Of a stretch of 64,000 nucleotides of DNA, positions 10,933 to 21,950 are shown one piece after another (the first letter of the stretch is position 1; each line of letters opens with the position of its first letter). The stretch is from Pecten maximus (Eukaryota), in contig NC_047017.1 of the NCBI RefSeq assembly GCF_902652985.1, positions 49,414,001-49,478,000 of the forward strand, read 5' to 3'. Under the pieces are notes generated by a model. That model had not been told where the DNA came from. It was given only the letters and a program-made list of their open reading frames with translations, and searched no databases. The translations under genes and the position numbers were made by a program.

Positions 10933-13646
10933 GTAGACATTATGAAGAAAAGAAACAAATTATTCAATCATTCAAGCATGTGTATACAGCACTTACACAA
11001 TGATGACACTTAGATATAGTGCAAATGTTTAATATGCCCTTCCACGGAGCTGCATGTACAAAATATTTACAAGTCGCATATATATAACGGCGACACACAA
11101 AAAAAAGTATGCACTCAACATGCCTCTTCTAACGACTTGCATGATTCTCAGAGAACTTCAATAAGTTGAAGTTTATTAATATTATAAATATATTTCCAGT
11201 CAGTGAATGAAATGCTAGCTTTATCATTTCATGAAAGCATCCCCCATGCTCAAAACACTTAGCTCTTTTTCATATTCTAGTGATAATTCAAATTTTACGG
11301 ATTTTCAATTATTTAGAAGAGCTTTAGTTAGTCTCTATAAGACATATTGTTTTTAATGCACTTAGATCTTATTGTTTTACTGTGTCATATATATATGAGG
11401 TTGGCGAGTATGGAAACTTTTAGGAACATTTAAATGAAGGTTGGATTGAGTTAAGATTCATACACTAGAAAAAGGTGTCAAAATTATTGGTTCTTTGACT
11501 TTAAAATTTGTGGACTTTGAAGACCTAGCAAATTATCAGAAACTTCCTGGTGTCTAGAGCATATAGAAGACATTTAAAAAATAGGTTCAGGTCATCCAGT
11601 TGACCCTTTAGCAATTTCAAAAGTCAAATGACAATTTCTTGGAAATCTTAAGGGTCAAAACATGTCAAATAGACGTGTGTTTTTTCTATCCCAAGAGCTA
11701 TGTTTCATTTTGGGAGTCAAAAACCCACCATCAATGGCCTACTGAATGCCCTGTGGTTGAAAGGGCCAGTTAACAGTAGAATAAATATAATCCCTACTGG
11801 AATCTACATGTCATTGTTAACCATTGTTACAATTTCCCTCTCTCGTCCGTATATTATCAATCATCCATTTGCCATGTGTATCCACCCCAATGCCATGACT
11901 AGCAATTAACTTATTTAATCTATTTTCACACAATGTCTCGATTTAATATTAAAGCCATACATGTAACAAAAATTCACTATGGCTGTGTGAACCTTTTGGG
12001 GTGACTAAATTTTTGTTGTGGAAAAAAAAAAAAATGTATCAATAAACACCTTACCATTTTCATTCAGTATCTTTAACAGTAAGTTTTAGGAATCGCTTCT
12101 CTGACCAGAGAATAAGGACATCAACTGAAAAAGAAATTGAAATAACATTTTAGTACAAATCCAAAATTACAGTGCAGCTCATCATCTGAAATGTGTTTAA
12201 TTTTTGTAGGTATAATTTATATTTGAAGTTTATCAAAAATGTTATGGATTCAAAGTTTGAAGAACATCTTTATAACAGTATCATTATGGTATTTTTTCCG
12301 TTAATATTTTCTTTCTCTCTTAAAATTTTGGTAATTGGTCGTAATTAATCATTGAAGTATTATTGAAATTCATTTCAGATGATGATTTTTTTAGATAGAT
12401 TAGATTGAAAGATTAGAAAAGAGATGAGAGAAAGAAGGGAAAGTTGTGTATTAGACTTTTGTAACTGATCCACTACATAAACACCGGAACAGCTTATTCA
12501 CTGTATTTGGTACATTTATGTAATTATGGAATATTACAAGGGAGGTGTTAAAACTCATGACAAAGTTGCATTTTTGACTGATGTAAAGTCGAATAATTCT
12601 TTCATTAAAATGAAAGAAGAATTAATTTTTTCGTTAAAATGAAAGAATATTCATATACTGGTTCATCTAATTCTGATCGTATCTGTGAAATCATGGTTCA
12701 CAGACTTCGAATCCAGGTCATTGAATTCTGAGACTTTTTAGGGACTTTTTTTGTGAAATCAAGATAAATATCACAAAATTGATTTTATCACAAAACTCCG
12801 AAAAGTTGTTTTTAGAGTATTTCTGAAAACAAAATATCTCCTTATTTTTCAATACCAAAGACACAAATCAAATGCTTTGGGCTTTTAAAGCACAACACTG
12901 AATTCCAAAACTTTTCCAGACCTTTCTTATCTGTGAACCATGAAAACTGATCAAAGCAAACTAGAACTTTTCTTCTGTCAAGTCAAAAATTTGTATCACT
13001 TCCTCATCTTCCAGCTGTATATCAGATAATTTGTAATTTTCTGTTGGTAATTAAAATGTGTGGAATCTGCTGAAGTGATACAAGTTTTTTCATCTACTGT
13101 ATAGTGTAAATTTAACATATGTTTTCTTTTCACAGAATGACACCGACCATTTGCATTGTATACTCCACCAAAGCAAACTGCTTCTAGTAGTTCTGAACCA
13201 CTCCTAATGATGTGTTGACTTTTTCATGTTCTCAAACCGAGCACAGGTATAGCTGGAAATGTAAATATACTTGCATAGAATTGGTATAAAATGATACAAA
13301 AAAATAATCAAAAATGTAGTCACCCCATTTCACAAGTTATAACAATGTAAAAATCAAAGTTATGTAAAGATAGATACTATTGATTAATTCGAAACACCAG
13401 ACATATATTTTCTTAAATCAACTGAACATATGATGGATTTGATTTCTCTGAAATTCTGATATCAAAAACTAATACAGTATATTCTTTCAGTGTCAAACTT
13501 TCAATGTGTAATGAAGATACATATACATGTATTGTTGTCCCTAAGCAAAACTTTTTGTAACATCAAAAAGTTGAGTGCTTTACATTATTTTCTTCTTCTA
13601 GTAATATTCACTTATATAATTACCGACCATTTTTTATGACTCAATT

Positions 13647-14693
13647 TCAACCTTTTCCTTGAACCTTTCCATAGGAATGGTCGTAAGTGATAGCCTTTGC
13701 AAAGGCTGCACTGGAAGCACAATTTGCACAGAATTCCAAAGACACAGATCCATCAGAAACATGAAGACAAACACCCGCTGTTGTCTGGCCCGACTTTTCA
13801 TTGGAATTTTGTTCCGCTGTACATGTTGATGAGGGACATGGTTCAAACTGGTCATCCTTCTTTCCTGGTTTTATTTCTTTCGGCACTGAAGTTGCACTTG
13901 TATCTTTTCGCTGTTTTCCGTACCGTGTACACATTGTACCGATCTGTTTGTTTTCATTTTTATTTTTTCTTGATTCTACTGGAACAATGACAGACCTTGT
14001 AACAGTATTATCATTGATGTCTTTGATGTTTTCTTTGTTATATCTGTCAACTGTTAATGAAGTTTGGAATTTAACGCCTGGTGTATTTTGTATGTTGCCA
14101 ATCAAGTGTGCTAATGTTGTTTGGTTTGCAATGACGCTTTTTAAATATTTGACTTCTGTTTCCAACTGATCTAACGATGACTGTAACACACTGTTTTTAG
14201 TTTTGAGACTTGTATTTTCTGTCTGTAGCTTTTCTACCGTCGTTTCTAATTCCTGTGTGTGTTTCTTTTTCTTTTTACGATTTTCGCGAGCTGCAACGGC
14301 GCTCTTCGACATACATGCACCTTCATTGGAATTTAAATACATTGCCGAGCTCGAATCGATGCTGTCGTCCGTTAATGATCGTTTTCTGCTTGCATTCGCC
14401 TGTCGCGGATTCTCGCTATCGCTGGTTTTGGGTGTAGGGGTAGGTCGTCCTCGACTACCATTATTCAAATAATCAATCAGTTCTTTCTCTTCGTGTGTAC
14501 TTATGCTAGCAAAATTCACTTTTTCTAACTGCATGTCACCATTAGGATAAACACGTATGACTTTCGATTTTTTAGAAAAGACTTCGGTGTCGGTGTCCAA
14601 AACACCGTCAAATAAATCGAACGAGTCATTTTTGTCATCATCGAAAAAATCCATGTTGGACGACGAAGATTCAAAGTCATCAATATCACACAT
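13647..14693 (-). CDS. CREBZF: CREB/ATF bZIP transcription factor (Zhangfei-like), single coding exon, ~348 aa
   Basis: Acidic N-terminus (MCDIDDFE…DFFDD…FDLFD). Basic region and zipper SKSAVAARENRKKKKKHTQELETTVEKLQTENTSLK…EVKYLKSVIANQTTLAHLI. Family-typical C-terminal GVCLHVSDGSVSLEFCANCA and a DHSY motif. ATG at 14693 preferred to 14900. Confidence 0.88.
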   Translation of the reverse strand: MCDIDDFESSSSNMDFFDDDKNDSFDLFDGVLDTDTEVFSKKSKVIRVYPNGDMQLEKVNFASISTHEEKELIDYLNNGSRGRPTPTPKTSDSENPRQANASRKRSLTDDSIDSSSAMYLNSNEGACMSKSAVAARENRKKKKKHTQELETTVEKLQTENTSLKTKNSVLQSSLDQLETEVKYLKSVIANQTTLAHLIGNIQNTPGVKFQTSLTVDRYNKENIKDINDNTVTRSVIVPVESRKNKNENKQIGTMCTRYGKQRKDTSATSVPKEIKPGKKDDQFEPCPSSTCTAEQNSNEKSGQTTAGVCLHVSDGSVSLEFCANCASSAAFAKAITYDHSYGKVQGKG

Positions 14694-16484
14694 TTTGCCT
14701 TCGACAAATAATCTAATTGGCTTACCGATGTGCAACGCGCCTTCAATAATTAAGGTTAGGCAAGTTTCTTTGTGGCTTTTGTGGCGCTCAATTTTCCAAC
14801 ATGGCTTCCTCTGCGCACGTTGAACGTTTTCTTGAAAACTGTCGAAAAGGGAGGTAACTGATAGTGGAAACCGCAGTGACACAGGAAAAGTACTTAACAT
14901 AGATCTATATGTGATCCGTTAAACATTAAAAAAACTTATATTTTTGGTCTCTAGGATATTGTCTGATTCTAGATTCATTTACCTAAGTTTCAAACTAGGG
15001 GGAGATGAGCCAGTATCGAAATTTAACTGAGCAATTCTTCACAAAAAAAACTTAGGGGCTGGTGGACAGTCTACTGCAGTATAACATATAGGTAGTTCAT
15101 GTAAGCTTAATAGAAAAAAATAGCACCTACCTACTCCTTTCCAAAAAATATTGTTTAACAAGGGATTTTCATCTTAACTTTGGTAAAATATCTGTATCGA
15201 GCCGAGTTAAAATTTTTTCGTAACGATAACGTTATGAAAACTAAACGACGCCATACATGTAAGCTTACATGTATTGTTGTAGATTTCATTTCAAAATATT
15301 TTATTCAATCAAGCATTTGAATTAATTTATATACAATACTTCATAATAGAGATAGATTTTAGATATAAAAATGGATTGGACAACAGGCTAAGCCTATACA
15401 GGTCCTTGTTGTAGATAACCAAGAACCTCATAAAATGGAACAATGTTACCAGTAACGTTTATTACGATTATTTAAATGCAACATGTTCATTCATTTTCCA
15501 GAGTTGAAAGGGGTTGCGTTTAACTGAAACGTATGTGATTATTATAATTTTCATATAATCTGGCGCTCAATATGCGTAAAAACAGGATTAAATACAAAAC
15601 ATAAAAAACCAAAATTCCTCTGACGTCGCATTCCTTCATACGCATTTAAATAGCTCTGCAATATATTTTCATTTCTCTAGGTATTACGACCGATTCAAAT
15701 ATGAAAAAAGAAAAAGAAAAAGAAGAAGAAAAAAACCGAACTAAAAAAAGACAATATTTCTTTTGTCTACCACACAAACTACAAACAATGAATAAAGCGA
15801 TAACGCCATTGTAATACACATGCATTTAAATAAAAATAAAAATTTCTTCTCACCTTTTTTTTCTTCAAAATCCTACGCCACTGAAGTGCATGTACTTATA
15901 AACATATCGAAAGATACGTTCATATGATTCTACAGACGAAGAACAGAGATTCGTTATTTGCGGTCTTTTCCGACGCTGCCATTCTAAACTCACTGCTGGA
16001 CAATTTTTTATCACATCCTCCGCCTTGGTCAGCGTTCTCCAGGTCACTCTGTTCGTCCTTGATTATCAGTTTCACTGGTGCCATATATAGGAAAAGATCG
16101 AACACAACCATTTTTTGACAACATCGTGGCTGAGAGAAGGAAAAGGGAGAGAGGGAAGGGGAGGAAAAATTAACACTGAAGTGCCGAAAGTTTTGATACG
16201 TATATTTTAAAACTCTCATACAACATACAATTTCTCGTCATTTTTTAACTGCTGTTGCCTGCGATATAAAGACATTTAGTAAAAGTCATTTAGAGTAGGA
16301 CTTGTAATGATATGTTTTCTTTTATTTGAAGAACACGAAACTTATTTTATATTTGATGTTCAACAAACGGTTACCGGTTTCTAATCAATTTCACAAAAAC
16401 TTCTATATTTCTCTTAACAACACTCGCTCGAAACATTAGAAATATCTGTAGTTATTTCAACAAACTGTGACACCTTAAAAAAAA

Positions 16485-16560
16485 GGTACTTTGCCAGAAC
16501 AATGAGAGAATGGAATGGTTTAAATAGTGAAATTTGTTATGAGGTCGTAGAGGGTTTTAA
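16485..16560 (+). mobile_element. Possible LINE (CR1/L2) 3'-end remnant
   Basis: Reads YFARTMREWNGL, like the FF.RT.REWN.LP C-terminal motif of CR1/L2 ORF2. Very short. Confidence 0.25.
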
Positions 16561-16949
16561 TAAAAGATTGATGGCAGTCTACGTAATAAACAGATACGGA
16601 TACAGATATACATGCACTTAAAATTGCTCCTTGGAACTCACTGACTGACCTCTTAAGAATCCGTTGAAACCTTACTAGATTTAACTAATTTGACCTTTAA
16701 ACACATTCATTCTTCTGAATTTATATTATCATTCGTGATTTGGAATATGGCATGTTTCCAGTGAGCTTACAATTATAATTAAAATACAGATTATTCATTT
16801 TTTACATTGAAAGTTTCTCGAGATTTTTCAAACATATTTGGCTCTTCTCGTATTTTACAAATAAGAATAATGCCTAAAAACAATACGTACGAGTTTCATT
16901 TTTGTATGCCAGAAAACAATAGAGTATAAATGTTTTCATTGTTTTTATC

Positions 16950-16989
16950 AGAGACCTATATACTAAATTAGTATATAATATAGGTCTCT
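16950..16989. mobile_element. 40-bp hairpin micro-element with 9-bp TSD
   Basis: TIRs agagacctata / tataggtctct; gtttttatc duplicated at 16941-16949 and 16990-16998. Confidence 0.7.
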
Positions 16990-17937
16990 GTTTTTATCAA
17001 GTTTATTATATAGACAGGAATCTTGACTTTAAAAGTCCTGCCTTGAAAAAAAAAAAAAAAAAAAAAAAGAAAGAAATAAAACAGATAACAATAATAATCT
17101 ATGTACAATTACTTGAGACCTAATATTACTTGACAGCTTTTGTTTTTTACGTTTAACGCACCGCTAAATGATTTTAAACTTTTCGCTAATTAAGCCTCAA
17201 CATCTCAGGTAAGCTTAATTATATACATCGCAACAGATACTGCATGTGTTCAATCTCAAACAAAAATATTCAATGAATAAATTAATGGACTATTTTTTAA
17301 TACAAATAGATTTTATGTCATTTTCTTTTTATCTTAAAAAAAAATCATTGTAGAACCCCAAGTTTCTTAAGTACAGTAGACATCGCAATTATTAGAGTAG
17401 CCCGAGTTTTCTCTGGCCCTGTCACCATGTCTGGCTATTATTAGAGTACATGTATCTTATCATGTGACTTATGAACACGCAAATTAAAGGAGCATAAAAT
17501 TACCTATCATAATAGGGGTAAATGGCGTTTCCCTCAGACACAAATGTATATATATATATAACGTTAACGTTACCTACTTACCTGGGAACAGAACTAAACG
17601 AAATATCATGTTCCCACGTGTTTTTTCTCGTCAGCTTGTTTACTCCTTGTTTACAGAGGGACGCGTTCATTATCACCGGTAACAGAATACAATACTGACT
17701 TCTCTCTAATTAGTAAATGTGTTAGAAATAAAATGATATAACAGAATAAATACAATGATTTTAAAACTGTATTATATGCTACTGTAGTTGGTAAAAATGA
17801 CGATATGTGGTTTAAACATTTATGATATATTACGATCTGAAACAACGACTGCTCCCTTCTGTTTACACGGTTGCGCAGTAACACTCTAATTTCCGGTTTC
17901 ACTTAGACTTTCACCGACAATCCCAAGCGTGGTCGAC

Positions 17938-20157
17938 ATGGAGCTCAGAGAGAGAAATAAGGGAGGTACTTTAAAAGAAAAATTACAAAATCATTATCAC
18001 AAGCGTAACTTTCAAACAGACGAAAAGGATGCAAGTCGATATGGACAGATGTTTTTCTGGGGAATGGTAGTTTCCTTGTTTTTCGAAGGTCAATTTTTCC
18101 TCGTACCGATGTTGTATTGGGGCGACACTTGGGCGATGATACTAGCCTCAGTCTTGGTCTGGTTCACACTATTTGAATGTACAATCAATTGGATGGGCAC
18201 GTATTTCGGACAAAATAACTACGTGACGTCCGAAATCAAAGAGGAAAAGTTTCCCGGACAAGAAGAGACTCCGCCTGGATGGATCAACTGTCCCAAATGT
18301 CAAGTGAGTCCAATGTTGTTGCGAGACAATCCAAGTAATATTGTTCTGGTATTTAAAATCCAATGCTCCTTAATTAATTTAACACCACGCGATAGTTTTA
18401 ACCACACGAATCAGATGTTCAATATCATTGTAGCGGGACTGGACTGGGTCAATTATCGGTGACCAGGTAATTCTGTTAGAGCATCCGGCTAGTGTTCTGA
18501 GGTCCCGGGTTTGAACCCCGCTCTGGCCGCTACATTTTCTCCTCTCCTGTTACAAAATTTGCGCCCAGCTAAAATACCCAGTGGTGGTATAAAGGTCTCG
18601 TGTCTTCGAGGGCGAAGACTTGAAAAAAAGGAGGGAGAAGTGTAGCGGTACTGGCTGGGTCGATCATCGGTGACCAGGAAGCTGATCCGGCTAGTGTTCG
18701 GAGGACCCGGGTTTGAACCGCGGTCTGGCCACTACCGATAACCAGAGAAGGATTTTGGTGCCTATCATTAAATTATCTGTATCAATCTTTTGAAAGGCTG
18801 TTTTCTCCACATTTCCTCCTTTCCCATTTTCCTCTAAATCCTTTGATAATGCGGAGAACAAAGAAAGATCAAGGAATAACTTTCTGAAATATATGCAACA
18901 AATTTCAACTGTCAATATCAAAGATGGCCATCTGTCAGCCATTTTGTTTTCTCAATCAGACCAAATATTTAATGGACACAGCTATAAGGACCAAGGGAAA
19001 CCTGTATGTGAAGTTTGAGAAATATCATTCCATTACTTCTCGAGGAATATCTGGTAGAGATAACAAACTTCAACAATCAAAATCCAAGATGGCTGCCTGT
19101 CGGCCATTTTGTTTTTGCCGATGAGACTAAAAAATAAAAGGGCACAAGCAGGAACTAAGATGAACCTACATGTGAAGTTTGAGAAATATCTCACCAGTAC
19201 TTTCAAAAAATATAGATAATAACTCCAACTGTCAAAATCCTGTCAGACATTTTGTTTTCAGACTCAAAATTGAATGGGCACAATTTAGGACTAAAGGAAA
19301 TCTAGATGTTTAGTATCCATCCAGAACTGCTCAAGAAATTGTGATCTATAACTGAAATTGTTTACTACCCATCAGAATCAGATGATGGTTGGCTAAAAAT
19401 AGCAATGTTCAAACTTTGATTATGCACGAGTGCTGCTATTTTTATTGAAATACAAATTGTACTTGTTTTACTCAGTGTAACTATTGACCATAGAATAGCT
19501 AAAATAAACATACAAAAACATATATTTAATAACCATTACATATCACAGCCTGTTGTTCATTTAAGTGTAATGTATTTACTCATTAAAACGTTTGTTTTAC
19601 AGGTTGATGCTCCACCTAGATCCCATCACTGCCGTCTTTGTAACCGTTGTGTGCTCAAGAGAGATCATCACTGTTTCTTCACTAACTCATGTGTTGGCTT
19701 TTACAATCAACGTTTCTTCGTCATGTTTTGTATATACATGGTATGGGGCAATCTGTTTGCTCTGTTTCTACAATTGACCTACACCACACAATCAATTCCT
19801 GTTTTTTCCTGGGACGGACTTGCGTACATTCCGATGGTGGGTTTGGTATATTTCTTTATGGGATACGTTTCCTTAGGCCAACTGTTTCTAATTGTCCATA
19901 TCTGCTTTTGCTTCATGTGTTTTTGTGGTGGCGTATTCTTCCTGTGTTGGCAGATCATATTAGCTGCTGCTGGTATGACATCTTATGAAGCGTGGAAAGG
20001 AATTCCTTGGTACAGACGGACATCTCTGGAAAATGTTCGTTCAGTATTTGGATCCATTTGGAAAATCCCTTTTCAACTATTATTTCCATTCCGTGTGGAC
20101 CAAGATGGAAATGGTGTTGAGTGGACTGTTCGCTCAAAGACTGTCAAATATCAATGA
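17938..20157 (+). CDS. DHHC-type S-palmitoyltransferase (ZDHHC24/22-like), 2 exons, ~306 aa
   Basis: Exons 17938-18303 (CAA|gtgagt) and 19603-20157 (ttttacag|GTT), both phase 0. Joined CPKCQ-VDAPPRSHHCRLCNRCVLKRDHHCFFTNSCVGFYNQRFF Cys-rich domain, four TM segments, MTSYE (TTxE-like) motif. AATAAA signals near 21124/21133. Confidence 0.92.
18429..18736 (+). mobile_element. TRIM-like mini LTR element with tRNA-like terminal direct repeats
   Basis: Direct repeats 18429-18534 (tgtagcgg…ccgctaca) and 18641-18736. PBS-like tttgcgccca ~18558, polypurine tract gaaaaaaaggagggagaag 18622-18640, B-box-like gggtttgaacc in each repeat. Confidence 0.6.
18870..19397. mobile_element. Old, degenerate copy of HINE family B in the ZDHHC intron
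   Basis: ~3 diverged 155-bp units (caagatggctgcctgtcggccattttg) ending in a decayed cccatc…gatgatggttggcta hairpin. Confidence 0.7.
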
Positions 20158-21950
20158 TCAACAAGGCTGTGTGATAACCAATTATGACTTTTTGTTTCTA
20201 TGCAATAATAGTTTAGTTGAGCCATAGTTAATAGTACATTTGTATATTGAATACATGCTCAATACTGCCATGCTATGTCATAATGAACCAATGTACATGT
20301 ACTATCAAAATCGGGACAGGACCACATATGTTAACAACATGCATAATACTTGATCCAACTATAATTGCTATACATGTACATATTTATATCAAATTATTTA
20401 TTAACTTTATCAAAGCGATATTTCATATAATTTATTATATCAATAATATTGCCAGATCAACAAAAAATGTACCACCTGCATTCTGTATGTGAAACATTCT
20501 TTATCACTAAGTAAATGTATTATATTTATCATACAGTTACTGTATTTATTCTACACTAAGCCCATGTTAGGCATAGTGTAATAAGCCCATCCAGGTCTAC
20601 TGCAGTTCATGTATAGTACCAAAATGATATTTCCTTGTCCAGCAATAAGCCCACCTTGTACTTTGTGTCAAGAGTTTTGTGTTGGCCTCCTGGGCTTATA
20701 AAAGGATAAATATGATAACTGTATTGGTGTATGACTGGTCAACAGAAATACATTGTCTATGTAAATTATTTAATGTCTGATTATTTATTCTTGAATGTGT
20801 CTTTGAAGTGAGAATGATTATACCTACAGTTGGTACCTGGTATGTACATACTCGAGTGTTTTTGTCCGGGAAGCAAACTAGTACCAAACTGAGGTAGTGA
20901 ATTGTAATGTCACTAGTGTACATGTAACATTGAAACACATTTATCTTTCCTCATTAACTTCCATGTGTTTGTCACTAGTTAGGGAGAACATTGAATGGAT
21001 TGTATATACTTTAGTATACAAAATCATGTTCATAATATGCAACTTTTGAAAATACTGTGCTAACATTAAGAGAGAAAGTCTGACAGACCTTGTCAGATAT
21101 CACTGTTTCAGTTTTTTTCATTTAATAAAGTTAATAAAATTTAATTATTGAAGATGTGTGGTTTTTTATATACCTGCATACATTTCAATGATTATAGTTC
21201 ATTGGATCAACAGTGATTTCAATCTTATAAGTAATAATTTGAAGAGAGGTTCATAGGTCCTGCATTGTTGACTTAGACATTAAAGCTGTTTTGACAATTA
21301 TTCTGAAGAATGCAATACATGATAATTGTATAAGATCTATAGATATTAGACCTTGCCTCTCAGCATTCTTCTACACCATAAATTCACTGAACTCCCAAGG
21401 TAAATTGAATACGACAAATTTAGTTGGTATATAAACAACTGTTAAGAAGGAGCACAATAATAGAGATACAGGCACTAAAATTAACTAATTTTAGGCCCTG
21501 CACCCTCGCAATTCCAGGCTTCAACTTTCAGGGATACACAATACCAACTTGGGATGAGATAGATAAAATAAATATGTTTATACAAAATGGGTTCCCCAAA
21601 CTTCTGCTCTAAGAAATTGATCATCTGAACATTTTGATGAATGCCAGCTTCACAATTTTCAAACCACAGCAGAAGAGTTACACAGTATGTTGATTTGTAT
21701 GGACACTTAAAGAAAAAATAACCACCTGCCAATATGAAATTCAAATTTAAGTATGAATATATGGCATAACTCCTAACAAGTTTGCTGTGTGAGAAATACA
21801 ACAAGAGGCCCAGAGGGCCTGTATCGCTCACCTGGTTTCAAGAGATATGAAACAAGAATGATGCTTAAGTATATTTGTCACTGGTATTGCTGTCAATATA
21901 TCATAAACATTTCATATGGGTACATGAACATTGGTTTTATTGTAAATCTA

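Noticed and set aside
12126-12390. C/D-box snoRNA suggested by ATGATGA/CTGA motifs
   Set aside because: The motifs are the two arms of an inverted repeat; on the sense strand the C-box-like motif has no downstream D box before the acceptor.
12700-12930. Intron-embedded RNase P RNA (GAAAGGUCUG and AAUUCA…GACC resemble CR-I/CR-V)
   Set aside because: No room for P2/P3 before the CR-I-like motif, CR-V imperfect, very AU-rich; an Rfam scan is needed to close the question.
14694-14900. 69-codon N-terminal extension of the bZIP ORF
   Set aside because: Looks like promoter/5' UTR sequence (CCAAT and YY1-like motifs) with no family resemblance; ATG 14693 has a good context (AAAATG). Cannot be fully excluded.
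18455-18534. Functional tRNA gene
   Set aside because: A box degenerate, no clean cloverleaf, and it is one of two direct repeats of a mobile element.
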